Assembly: GCF_009914755.1 (NCBI RefSeq)
Contig: NC_060936.1
Strand: one strand, 5' to 3'
Source of the DNA: the human T2T-CHM13v2.0 reference genome, Homo sapiens
DNA: 64,000 nt
The position numbers and the translations under genes are program-made. Shown here one piece after another: positions 1 through 13,953 of the stretch; position 1 is the first letter of the stretch; each line of letters opens with the position of its first letter. The notes under the pieces are model-generated. The model did no database searches and was not told the DNA's origin. It saw only the letters and a list, made by a program, of their open reading frames with translations.

Positions 1-1639
1 CTGCAATGAGATGAGACTTAGGGAACACATTTGAGTAATTTGAGTACTTAACCCCTTTTAAGTTAGGCAACAGGGAAGGACGTCCAGGACAGGCACTTAA
101 CCAGCCTCTCCTCTCTGGCTGATACTGGGGCCAACCTTGACTCCTCTCTTAGCTTTTCACTGTCAGCTCTTGGCCCCAGGGCACTAATGGAGTAAACCAG
201 CCCACGCTCCTACCTGCTGGGATGCCACATCCACCTTTTCCCCAACACAAGTCTGGAAGCACTGAGCGCATTTTACAGCTGTGTATACAGGCTTGTGTGT
301 GTTTTGCTTTGATTGTAAAGCAAGGTCTAAAGTGCTCCTGTTTTATTAATGTTTAGATGAGTGTCCTGAAGCCATGGAGTAAATTGTTACAAGTACCTAT
401 ACAGCACCTTACATTTGTATTATCCTTTACTGTTTAGAAAGCACTTTTGCATACATTTGATCTAATAACCCAGGGCAATTTTTTTTTATCATGTTATCAA
501 TGAAAAACTGAAGTTTGGGGAAGTAAATGATGTACGTGCTCAAAGTGTCATAGCTACTAAGTGACGGAGCTGGGACTCTACCACAAGTCTTCTAAAGCTT
601 CTGTGTTCTGTGACCTATAGCAGGCTTTGGAATTTATATATAGAGATCCGAGAAATATCCGTACTATGCCAGACACAGTAATAAGTGTCTTCATATTTTT
701 GATCTGATATAAACTCCACAGCAACCCTGAAATGATCCAGGACTACAAAAATTTCCATTTATCCAGATACATGTGTACTACATGAAGAGGACTGGGGAAG
801 AAGATGAGTAATGGTAATAAATGAATCCAGAGAGACAAAGACAATTAGATGAGTGTTTATTATTCCCATTTAACATATAAGAAAAAGGAGGTTGAAAGAG
901 GATATGTGAATAGCCAATGGAAGAATTTTAGTTGGAACCTAAAATTCCAAAAAGCAATGAATTGATCATTCCAAAAGCATTGATTCGATTCACCAACACC
1001 TGGCTGAGCTCTTTTGAATTCTAGCATCTGTACTTTTCATAAAAGAAGGTGATGAAAGGTAACGAAGGAAGATCTGAAAAATAATTGAAGTACAGATGCA
1101 AAAATACCAATGGGCACTGCCTCACGCACAGACAATTACAGCAAAATAGTCTGAGTCTGGTAGAATTAACCTCATACCAACTAAGGGAGCAGCTTAATAT
1201 TTCCTCTTGTCAGAGATTTTTCCAGATGAAAGAATTAAAGACAAGCCCGAGTCAGAATAATAAAGCAGGTAAAAACTTGTATTGAACAAAGACAGAGAAC
1301 CATTCTTGTGATTGGCAAGCCATTGGTCATGGTTCAGTAACACAGTGAGATGGTCTCATTCCCTCTGTGACTCACATGATTCTCTTCCAGAAAGACTGTG
1401 CTGCCAGGATGCGAGTAGCTAGCTCAAATAATTGCAGGGTACTCTCTGCCACTGGGACTCTCATTTCTATAAAGATTACATCTCTCCCTAATCAGAGGAG
1501 GGTTTTCATATGACCCAGCCAAAGAACCCGCCTTTGACATCTCAGGCAAATTAAGGGGAGATTTTGAGAAACAAGTGCAGGAAATTAAGATTCTGGTGGA
1601 GCTGCTTAGCTTATTTGAGAGGAGAATATAAACATCATA

Positions 1640-1835
1640 ACTTACATGCCACTGTCACAGTGTTAAATCTCTGCTTGCCTCATCTTAATTAATCCTCACA
1701 ACAACCCTATGAGGTAGGTACTATTATCATCTACATTTTAAAAGCAAGAGCACTGAGACACACAGAGGTTAAGTAACTTGCCCAAAGCCACACAGCTAGT
1801 AATGGCAGAGCCAGAATTCAAACCCAGGTGTGCAG
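1640..1835 (-). mobile_element. MIR SINE
   Basis: Close match to reverse-complement MIR core: TCCTCACAACAACCCTATGAGGTAGGTACTATT...GAGGTTAAGTAACTTGCCCAA...GAATTCAAACCCAGG. Confidence 0.9.
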
Positions 1836-2719
1836 GAGAGAAAGCAGATTCTGTTTATTACAGCATCACATGCCATCATCCTAGTTTTAGGGTCTCTAAT
1901 GAAGGAGAGAGAAGAGACCTGGACACTCAGGGTGCTTTCCTCCCACAGCACCTTGTCTTCCCCTAGTTCCTACGTGAGGTCCTTAGCAATTCAGTACAAA
2001 AAGAGAAGAAACTAGAAATAGCGGGGAAATTGAATAGAGCAGTGATATCACAACTGTTCACTCTATACATTCATTTTTGTTTTCTCCATCCCTATTCTCC
2101 CATCTTTTTGGGAGAGACCAGAAGTTTCTATAGGAACATGTTTAAGCAAGAAGAAACCAGAAACTGCATACTAAGTGTGGCAACCTCCATGTCCGGACTT
2201 GCTACCTCCCTGATCTACAAGGACCCCAGTTACTTAGCATTCAGGGTATCCTATCAGTCAGTCTATGCAGAGATGGCTGTTCCTGGGCTATTTCTATAGA
2301 TTCCCTACTTCATTTGCATTTATTTTGCCTGCATGTCAGTTTCAGTAAATGCTTTAATTAATTATATACTTTAAAGTGCTTGACCATGTGCCATATAGAG
2401 ACAGGGTACAATTTTTTAAATCAATGAGGGGAAAAATCACTTACAGGGCTTATCAGCTGGAACATTTGTGTTTCACATATAAAAGGGGGGCTAGGAAAGA
2501 AATACCCAAGCCCCAAAATACCCAAACTCTACAACTTTGCCTAGATGGGGTTTTGCCTTGCAACGAAGTTTGTTGTGAAAGCCCTCAGAGGTGTAAGAAT
2601 GAACCTGCTCAAGCATGGAAACTTCAGGAAGTAGGAAGGAGTGACTGGCCCCTAAAAAAGCAGAACCAGAGATCTCCATCAAATGTTATCTTGCTGCTTG
2701 GAGAAAAAGGCTATTTTTA

Positions 2720-3590
<871 letters not shown>

Positions 3591-5156
3591 TATGAATCGA
3601 AGGTTTAGGGGAAACCATCACTAGTGCTCAAGTTTGCCACTGTTTTCTGAGAATCAAGAAGCTGAATGAATCACAAATCACTACCACCAGTGATTCCAGC
3701 TGCCTGCCGCACCACAGCAAATGATTTCCAGGGGGTTACCTAGAGATTGCTACAAAACCTCACATCCCATAAAGCCTTTACATCTACCCTCTACTGCTGG
3801 AGGAAAAAATGTGTATCATTTTGCTCCTCTTCTGGGTCCAGATCTCTCACAAGTGCCTTCTAGTGACAGAATCTACGTGGGACCACTATTGGCAAAGAAT
3901 TGTGAAAATGTAGTCAGGCTACTAGCCCTGTGATAAGAGGAAGTCATAGAATAGAGCAAGAATGAATCTGCATTGCCCAAAGGCATAGGCAGGGATATCA
4001 CTACAACAATCCGGAATTTAGGAAAATGTGTGGAGGTAGTTATAATCCACTACTGAAAACTCTATAATAGGGAAGGCATGGCTATAGTTTAATGGAAGCA
4101 GCTGATGAACCAAAACCACAGATGAAATATTTTGGCCACTATTTTGCACCCTGACTAATATTCTCAAGCTGGCCAAGTACTTTTTTGCAGATTCAAAGTT
4201 TCAACAGCCTCCGGAAGGAAAGGAACGTGCAGCTGAAGTCTCTTTCCAGCCCTTCCTGTTCTTACCAGAGTTCCTTGTGAGAATCCTATGCATCAACAGT
4301 TTTAATTATTGGTAAAAGAATTCTGGGCTCTATTTTCCACTCTCAGTGAAAATTCCTACCTGCTGGCTGCCTAACCCACTAAAAGCACTTTTCTGCTTAC
4401 TATAATTTCTTGAGGAAAGGCTTTAATTTTAATGACTGAATTAGCTGAAATGACTTAAGAGAAATTTGTTAATTTTTAACTTAATTTCAATGATCACAGT
4501 TACATTCTATCCCTATATCCTGAGGGCAATTACTTCCAATACTCATAACTCTTTCTTGACTCCATATTTCTCAATATTATGCTGATACTGCTAGTTCTTG
4601 ATTTTTCCATTTAGATGTTATGTATTGACTGTCTACTATAAAAAATGAGGACTTCGCTTTCTTATCATTCAACATACACACATACACAAGCATACAACTT
4701 GGTTTTTCATTCATCCTCCCAAAATAACTTTTTGAGTTAAGTCAATATTCAGTATTACATTATTACGATAGGACATTTATTCACAGCTGCATCATGTTGT
4801 TTTCTGTTACTATATATCTTTTCTTATAAACTTTTTTGTTTTCCTTATATTTTTCCCCCTTGCTTAAATTTTCAGTAATCACAAAGTCATTGGCAAACTT
4901 TCTACCATAAGGAATAATCAATCTCCTTTCAACAGGCTGAAACATATCTCCGAGAAGATGTAATACCGAGAGATATGTTTTGCTCTGGGAGAAGGAACGG
5001 CCACTCTCCTGAGGGTATCTCCAAGAAATATGTTTGCTCTCTGGACTTACTGCCCAGCTACCATTCTGAGACAACCTGCTAATATCAGCCAGGGACTTAG
5101 ACATTGTATCTCATGAAATGTTCCTGGGCACTCCCTTGAATCTCCTCTCCACATGA

Positions 5157-5228
5157 GGTGGTGGTGGTGGTGGTGGTGGTGGTGGTGGTGGTGGTGGTGG
5201 TGGTGGTGATGGTGGTGGTGGTGGTGGT
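5157..5228 (+). repeat. (GGT)24 trinucleotide microsatellite, one GAT interruption
   Basis: Read directly from the sequence. Confidence 0.98.
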
Positions 5229-6179
5229 AATAGCTATGTTTTCCCACAGTTGGGCCAGAGATTCCCCTCCACATTCTTACTACCCCCTGTTCTTCTTAGA
5301 TGATCCTACATGTGTCCTGGGCATGTGAAAGTAGGGTGCTGGTGTATTCCAGAGCCTGAGAGCCTTCCAGTGCCCCTGTGGCCAGTCTGTCTGAATGGGA
5401 AATAATGGAGAGAAACCAAAATACAAATGTGTGTGAAGGGTTTCCAAGAAGTTGTTATCCAAACCATTTCTGGAAATAGATGATAACATTATTTCCTTAA
5501 ACCCAGGATGCCAGAAAAAGAGAGACAGACTGTAATAAATGGCATGATGTAAAAATTAGTTTCGAAATCCCAGTGTTTTTCTCTTTTTCAAGCCAATTGC
5601 TTTGTGCTAAATGATATCACCAGGGGTCTATGAGTGAGTTCTGTGTAGGCCCAGTGCCCAAAGCCTTTTTACAAATCCATTTTCTAAAATCATTGATGAG
5701 GCCGTTGCTCCATGGAGTACAGACTCTGGCTCCTTTCCTCAAATTCAAACATTAGATAATAAATACGCTATCACAAAAGTTTGGTTAGCTGAGGCTCCCT
5801 GGAAAGCCAAATAGCAAAACCAAAAAAAAGCACAATTTTGCCACGTATTCCATGGAGAATACAAAATGCAACTGACTTAGACCTGGAGTGAGTGTCATTT
5901 CTCCCCATTGCACACAGAACACAGCGAAACCCATCATTCTGTAAACATTTATATATACATATACATATATATATATACCCACACACATATCTATATATAA
6001 TAGTATGAATCATAATATCAGGCTTAGCTAACATTTTAATCACTAACACTCTAATAAATGGTATTTCTGCCCTACTAAAAGTAGGGCAATAGATTAGCAA
6101 TAGAGTTCCATGAGCCCCCTTCACCCTTAAAAAAGTATATAAATCAATTTTAGAAGACTTTTATGTTCAAAGTACTTTT

Positions 6180-6330
6180 CTTAGGTGAAGAATAACTTAC
6201 ATACAGTAAGATATATAACTATTAAGTACACAGCTTGATGAATATTTACATATGTAAACACCCATGTTACCACCATCCAGATAAAAATATAGACTATTTC
6301 TATCACCCAGAAAGTTCCTTTATGCCTGCA
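6180..6330 (-). mobile_element. Old L1M (L1MC/L1ME-type) 3' fragment
   Basis: TTAAGTACACAGCTTGATGAAT...CACCCATGTTACCACCATCCAGATAAAAATATAGA...TCACCCAGAAAGTTCC is typical of reverse L1M 3' ends. Confidence 0.7.
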
Positions 6331-6595
6331 TGTTATTGGGTTCATTTTTAATGGTAAATATACTTTATTGCTAACTTTATATTATGAGAATATTTGATTA
6401 AACAGAACTCTGACCATTCCAGGTAGAAAAGAAAACGAACATTTATCGAGCAAATGAAATTTTCTAAGCACTTTGACATTTCATGCTAATCCTGTTAGGT
6501 GTAATTATCTCCACTGAGCCAATGAGGAAACTTGGGCTCTGAGAGTTTAAGGGGCCTTTCCAATGTCTTACAGTCTGTAAGCAGCTCAAGGCCTT

Positions 6596-6858
6596 TGTTT
6601 TTTCTTTTCTTTTTTTTTTTTTTTTTGAGACGGAATCTCGCTCAGTCCTGCACTTAATTGATCCTCCCACCTCAGCCTCCCAAGCAGCTGGGACTACAGG
6701 TGCACACCACCACGCCTGGCTAATTTTTAAATCTTTGTTTTGTAGAGATGAGGTCTTGCTATGATGCCCAGGCTGGTCTCAAACTCCTGGCCTCAAGCTA
6801 TCCTCCGCCTCAGCCTCCCAAAATGTTGGGATTATAGGTATGAGCCACTGTGCCTGGT
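6596..6858 (-). mobile_element. AluJ-like element with internal deletion in the right arm
   Basis: Poly-T, GAGACGGAATCTCGCTC, then a jump to GATCCTCCCACCTCAGCCTCCC. Left arm is J-type. Confidence 0.9.
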
Positions 6859-7122
6859 CTGTTTTTTCCCTGTGATCACACTGCCAGGCAATATAGCTTA
6901 CTGTATTTTGCAACTAAGAGAGTGTTTTTGTTTCCATGTGTGTGTGTGTGGTTTTTTTTGTTTGTTTGTTTTTTGTTTTTTTGGTTAAGTCTCATTTATG
7001 CCCAATACTAAAAAATGATAAAGGATAAATGAAATCCATAGAAAATAAAAAATACTTATCTACAGGTAACCTTAAAATATCTTTATTTATTAGTTTGCCT
7101 TAAAAATACCTTAAGAATAAGA

Positions 7123-7357
7123 CCCAGCACTTTAGGAGGCCAAGGTGGGTGGATCGCATGAGCTCAGGAGTTTGAGACCAGCGTGGGCAACATGGCAAAA
7201 CTCCATCTCTACAAAAAATACAAAAATTAACCAGGTGTGGTGGTACATGCCTGTAGTCCCATCTACTTGGGAGGCTGAGGTGGGAGGATCGCTTGAGCCC
7301 AGGAGGCAGAGGTTGCAGAGTGAGACCCTGTTTAAAAAAAAAAAAAAAAAAAAAAAG
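7123..7357 (+). mobile_element. AluJ, 5'-truncated, with 3' internal deletion
   Basis: CCCAGCACTTTAGGAGGC...GGTTGCAGAGTGAGACCC plus poly-A. TSD AAGAATAAGA. Confidence 0.92.
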
Positions 7358-7628
7358 AATAAGAGGGAAAAAGAGAAAGATAGTGCCCATATCCTAACTA
7401 TGCCTTAAACACAAAAAGATGTTGTTTTTTAATCTCTTTGAAATGGCTTACCTTTGATATTGATTTTCAAGTTCAGGGCCACGAGTAAAGGAATAGTGTT
7501 AACTAGACTCAAAACAACCTGCAATTCACCTGATCAACAAGACCAGGAACCAAGTGGCCCAGGTCATGGGAGTAGTGGTTTTGTGGGACCCTGGTTAGTG
7601 GTCCTTAAAGGCCGATTTTTGTGACCTC

Positions 7629-7727
7629 AGGGGTTTGTGATAAACCATCCCAGTTTGCCTGGGGCTGACACAGTTTTAGCAGTGAAAATCCAGTGTCCCA
7701 GACAAACTGGGCTGGCTAGTCACCCCA
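7629..7727. mobile_element. hAT-Blackjack MITE relic (MER81/MER94-like)
   Basis: Palindromic CCATCCCAGTTTGCCTGGG ... CCCAGACAAACTGGG...GTCACCC. Confidence 0.7.
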
Positions 7728-8075
7728 TGCATAGGCACCGCCTTTTTTTTTTTTTTTTGGCCCGCCTTTCAAATCACCTTAACAAAATGTTGGTTTGATC
7801 TTTGGGATTCCAAAGGATGTTTAGGAAAGTGAAGAAAATCATAAATGCAAATTAAATCAATTTGTTCACCAAAAAGAGGTTTCTTTAAAGAGGACACCTA
7901 AATGCTTCTGCTTATAGACACATAAGAAATAAGAAGAATGCAGAAGCACTGTCTCATTGCTTCCAGGGAGAAGAATTTGGTGCTGGCTGACCAGGCAAGG
8001 ATGGTAGTCTCTCACGGCATGCCCTTTTAGAGCCATTTGAATTAAATGGATGCGTATTCATGATTACACTAATTC

Positions 8076-8275
8076 AGTGTTGTGGAACTGTGTTCCTCAG
8101 CAGGCCTTGAGGGACCATAGGGTGGGGAATTAGGGAAGTAATAGAGATAATTGCAGACACCCTTCACCTGCTTCAAGCAGCTTTGTATTAGCTGTTTTAC
8201 ATTTTGGCTTCTTCACAAGATTTCACTTAAATAAAAGGTTTTATGATATTTTTAAAAGTCTGAAAACCATAGCAC
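8076..8275 (+). mobile_element. hAT-Charlie MITE relic (MER112-like)
   Basis: CAGTG..GAACTGTGTTCC ... AAGATTTCACTTAAATAAAAGGTT ... AAAAGTCTGAAAACCA. Confidence 0.55.
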
Positions 8276-8349
8276 TAGTCCTTTTACTTACAATCTGTAA
8301 ACAGCAACCCTTTCTAAACAATCCTTTACAGAAGAGAGACACCAAGGTC

Positions 8350-8590
8350 TACTGAAAAACTGGGGACATGGCATCAAAGGAGTCAGGTTCCAATCCTGGG
8401 TCCACGCTTGCTGTCTGTGTGACCGTGAGTAAGTTTCTTTATACCCTGGGAGCCTTAGTACCTTCATCTGTTTTCAAAAAGTATATGTACCTGTGTGTAA
8501 TATTAGCCCATTGTGAGAATTAAATGCTATACTACTCATGAACCAACAAGCACTGTACCTGTGTACATAGCAAATACTCATAAATGTCTA
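8350..8590 (+). mobile_element. MIR SINE
   Basis: GGTTCCAATCCTGG..CTGTGTGACCGTGAGTAAGTT..TGTGAGAATTAAATG..TACTCATAAATG. Confidence 0.75.
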
Positions 8591-9373
8591 ATCTGAAACT
8601 GAATCAGTGTTAAAAAGGCATTAATGCAGAAGTAGGTTATTAAAATACTATTAAAAGGATGTGAAGAAAATAATAATACCACCTGCATATGTTTATGTCA
8701 GGTTCTGTTCAAAGTATTTTATACTAATTAATTCAATTAATAAAACAGAGTGAAAGTTAGAGATGAGTGGAAGATTAAAGGAATGGAAAATTGGCCCTAT
8801 GAGGATACTGGACCAGAGATGGGGATAATGGTTTACATTAGGACAAATGTAATCTCAGCTGATCTGTAGGAGATCTCAGCTAAAAATAAAGAAGAAATTA
8901 TTTGGCTATCAAGCCAATCAAATGCTGGTAAAGAGTTTGTTAGGTACTGTGACTCCACAAGGCCATTTACCTAGGGAGGGAGCTGAAATATGAGGAAGCC
9001 AGGAAAGGGACAAAGAGGCCGATAGGCTAAATCCAAGTTGGCAGAGTGTGGCCTAGATGAGTGCCCTGCCCTAGAAGGAGAGCCATAACCAAATGCCAAG
9101 CCAAAGGACCACAATGAGAAGGCTGCCCAGTCAAAAAACTGAGTCATGAGTCATGGGTTGGGGTGTAACACCCTGAAACAGCATACCAAAGGCAAGAAGG
9201 CAGTGTCTGAAAAAGCCAGCTGGGCCATGTGTGGATCTCAGCAGATTATCAACAGCTCTGCCCTACATCTCTTGCAGCCATGCAGTTCACTGTAAAGCAG
9301 TCCTATTTATGAATTGTTAGCTCATACCAAGACTCTTCCAGGAAAATTTACTGGGCTAAATAGGTGCATGATT

Positions 9374-9657
9374 GGCCAGTCGCGGTGGCTCACACCTGTA
9401 ATCCTAGCACTTTGGGAGGCAGAGGCATGCAAATCACCTGAGGAGTTTGAGACCAGACTGGCCAACATGGAGAAACCCCATCTCTACTAAAAATGCAAAA
9501 AAAATTAGCCGGGCATGGAGGCACATGTCTGTAATCCCAGCTACTAGGGAGTGTGAGGCAGGAGACTCCCTTGAACCCGGGAGGCAGAGGTTGCTGAGAG
9601 CCAAGATCATACCATGAACTCCAGCCTGGGTGACAGAGCGAGACTTGTCTCAAAAAA
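9374..9657 (+). mobile_element. AluS
   Basis: Full dimer with small deletions. Confidence 0.95.
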
Positions 9658-9826
9658 TAGTAATAATAAGTAAAATGACTTCTCTAAATGGTAGCTATTT
9701 ATCCCCTCTTATCTCAAAACAGAGTTTGGATAAGGTAATCACAATGTATTTTATAATTCTGTGAAAAACATGGAAGAGATGAATAAAAAGAGGGTGGGAC
9801 AAAGAAAGGGACTAAGAATTTTTTTT

Positions 9827-10121
9827 GGCCTGGCGTGGTGGCTTACACCTGTAATCCCAGCACTTTGGGACGCCAAGGCAGGTGGATCACAAGGTCAGGC
9901 ATTCGAGAACACCCTGGCCAATATGGTGAAACCCCGTCTCTACTAAAAATACAAAAATTAGCCAGGCATGGTGGTGCCTGCCTGTAGTCCCAGCTAGTCA
10001 GGAGGCTGAGGCACAAGAATCACTTGAACCTAGGAGGCAGAGTTTGCAGTGACCCAAGATTGCGCCACTGCACTCCGGCCTGGGCAACAGAGCGAGAGAC
10101 TCTGTCTCAAAGAAAAAAAAA
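9827..10121 (+). mobile_element. AluS (Sg/Sc-type left arm)
   Basis: Full dimer, GGATCACAAGGTCAGG, A-tail. Confidence 0.95.
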
Positions 10122-10223
10122 GATTTTTTAATTGCCATTGATAAAAATTATATTTTTAAGTTTTAATATGAGTAACCCATCTAAAAGTGGGAATAAATAA
10201 AAATCATACTGTTAACCTAGTAC

Positions 10224-10730
<507 letters not shown>

Positions 10731-11519
10731 TTTGTAGACACTCTCAGTATTCGAGGCCTTGTACCAAAAATTAGTGAGAGCTTTTTAGCCAGCTACCTGC
10801 TTAGGGTACTAGGACAGTAGTGTTGGTTTGTTCTATTTGATTCAGGTACTTCTCAACAGTAAGAGAAAACTTTTTTTTAACACAGGACCTGATGAGAAAA
10901 ATGAGACAATATATAAGGAAATACAACCTCCTATGATAAATGAATTGAATCCATATACCTTACTTATTGTAAGCAAAAATACGTATGGTAAAATATAAAT
11001 AATCACAGGTTTAAATGTCCTCCTCTCTAGAACATTGGTAAAGCCCTTAACCAGGACCACTTGGGAGAGAAACTCTGTCCTTATCTGAGTCCAAATCTGC
11101 ATCTTATTTTATAGTTTTCATCCATGAAGGTCTTTTTTGGCTGTTTCCTGTTGTCAGTGCTAATATGTTCATTGTAAAGAACTTTGAGTTTTTATGTCTA
11201 CAATTACTCAAAGTCCAATGCCTAATACACAGGTTTTCTTCCATTTAAGTCATCAACTATATTTCTAGTATTGTTCCAGTCTCTGCTCGTAATTGCTTTT
11301 GTACGAGCCTGTATAACCAAAGAAACTTCTAAAGATACAGTCCTCTTATACGACCACTTTCAAATGGAACTGTTCCGCTCAAAGCTTCAGATCTTTCCTC
11401 AGGTGAGGCAGAGAGAGAAATCACTTCTAAATTGAGCATTTAGCCTTCATTACTATATTCCCTATATCACAATGTACTGTAAATGGTTCACTTATCTTGC
11501 ATTTATCCCAAGGTACTAT

Positions 11520-11860
11520 AAATTTATGTTTAATTATTTGATTGTTTATCTCTACCATGAGTTATAATAAGTCTAGGAGGACAGGGAGCATCTGTATTGT
11601 CTATTGCTGAATCACCTATACCTAACTTGATGCCTGGCTCACATAAATGTTTCATAAATATTTGTTGAATTGAAGAATGGACGGATGGATAATTGTTCCC
11701 TGCTTTTCCACAGAATATTTCCTACAAAGTTACTATCCACCCTTGAGGCCCCAGAGAACAGACAGGGTAGCACATTCATTTGTGTGTGTCCTCAGTACTG
11801 AGACCAAGGGCTGACACAGAGTAGTTGTATAATGAATGTTTGATGAATGACTGAATAACC
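11520..11860 (+). mobile_element. L2 3'-end fragments (two)
   Basis: TGCCTGGCTCACATAAATG...AAATATTTGTTGAATTGAA and GAATGTTTGATGAATGA tails. Confidence 0.65.
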
Positions 11861-12609
11861 TAAGGCAGAGTTCACTAAGCCATATGATTCATTGCCTTGT
11901 TGTTCAATACCTTCCACAAAAGAGTTGCCTAAGCTTGTATATAATCTGAATCAAATCAGAGGATTCAGCAGAAATTCTCTGAACTTGAATAGTCTGGCTT
12001 GTGAAACAGCTGAATATCTAAACATTCCCAAGTTCCCAAATTGTATGTAGACTAAATAATTTGCAACCAGGAATTGTCCTTGTTAGGGAGATTAGTGCTG
12101 AGAATATCCCAATTTGTACACTACTAAGTCCAAGAAACAAATTACATGTCTATTTGCCAGAGCCATGGTTTCCGTATGGCATCATCTCAGATGAGTCAGG
12201 ACCAAAGAGGTCATCAGTATCAGAAATGCAGTGACTGATTTCCTGCACCGTTGAAGGCTGAGAAATAGGATTTGGGAATTGAGCTTTATAGTCCAAATAT
12301 TCCTTCCATCACCTTACCCCCCCATAAATGCATGCACTCAATTGAAGTCAGATTACTCAGGCTGACTATAAAAGGCAAGATTTTCCTGTTTCCATTTTCA
12401 AATATAAAATAGCCACCTATAGGAAATAAAACATGATTCACAGTTAGGTAAATACTCTATTGTTAGTGAGTCAATAAACATGAATCAGTCGTATACTTAT
12501 AAAGACAACCTGAAAGAATTTGAGGCATAGGATAACAAAATAAAAATTAGAGCTAACATCTGTTGAACATTTTGCTGTTCACCAAACATTGCACTAACAA
12601 TATGGAATA

Positions 12610-13118
12610 TATGACAGTTAATTTTAGGTATCCACTAGACTGGGTTGGGAATACCCAGGTAGCGAGCAAAACATTATTCCCGGGTGTGTCTGTGACGGTG
12701 CTTCTGGAAGAGATAAGCATTTGAATCAGTAGACTTAGTAATCAGCAGACTTCCATCCAGGCTCTGCACCGACTAGATGATGATCACCCACATCCTCTGG
12801 ATAAAAAGCCAGAGGGAGAGTCAATTCATTCTCTTCTGGGTTGGGGATAGCCATCTTGTCCTGCCCTCAGACGTCGGAACTCCAGGTTCTCAGGCCTTCA
12901 GCCTTGGACTGAGAGTTGCACCGTTGGCTCCCCTGTTCCCAGGCCTTTGGACTCAGACAGAATTACACTACCAGCTTCTCTGGTTCTCCAGCTTGCAGAC
13001 AGCATATCAGGATTTCTCAGCCTCTATAATCACATGATCCAATTCCCTTAATAAATTCCCTCTTATATCTATATATATCCTATTGGTTCTCTTTCTCTGG
13101 AGATCTCTGACTAATACA
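12610..13118 (+). mobile_element. MLT2 (ERVL) solo LTR inserted in a MIR
   Basis: MLT2 start GTTAATTTTAGGT and end CCTATTGGTTCTCTTTCTCTGGAGA..CTGACTAATACA. 5-bp TSD GAATA. MIR halves at about 12550-12605 and 13125-13265. Confidence 0.88.
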
Positions 13119-13953
13119 GAATATATCTTAAATCTCCATACTAACCCAAGAGGTAAAGTCTATTATTATCACCATTTTATAAATAAGAAAACTGACATCC
13201 ATAGAAGTCAAATAATTTTCCCCAGATGACACATTATATAAAAGAGGGGCCAGGATTTAATCCCAGAAAGATAAAAAGGTAAAAATCTAAGCCAATCATT
13301 TAACATCTGAGTCAAGAAGCAGAGAAAAATCAGTGAACACCTTTAAAAGTTCTTTTGGGGTTAAGGGAGTCTGGCATACAAGTAGGATTTCCACTTCTAT
13401 GCAGTTCAGACAGGAAAGGAGATGGTCCCAAAGTGGTAGGTGTGGCTGGGAATACAACCAATTTGAATCAAAAGGAGGAAAGAAAATCAGTTCCAGATCC
13501 AGAATACTATGTGTCTCTCCCAAGGCCTATTCCCCTCCCACAAAAAAATTGTCCAATTTTTAAAATTTTCTCTTAAGGATCACATCTATAAAACAAATCA
13601 CTGGAGGCTCAGAATAGGTACGTTTTACAAATATTATTAGCTCCTGAATATAGGTATCTTACTTACTAATCTTAATACATTTTGAAACCATGAGAATCAC
13701 TAAATAAAGGCAGATCTTTTACCCATGATTCACCTACTAATCCAAAGCATCCAGCTAAATAGAATTCCCATTATTTCCAATAACACTGCTCTGCTCAGAA
13801 AGCAAGAGGCCTAATCATAATCTACTCTCCGGTAGCCTCCAGCAGGTGAAATGTGTTCAACAGTCCCCAGCCTTCAGGAGGGCAATTCAGTGTGCACGTA
13901 GATACAGCCAATAGCATCTGTTATCTGTTCCATCAAACTTGCCCAAGGGGTGG

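Noticed and set aside
5047-5274. Poly-histidine ORF
   Set aside because: It is simply the translation of the (ACC)24 microsatellite.
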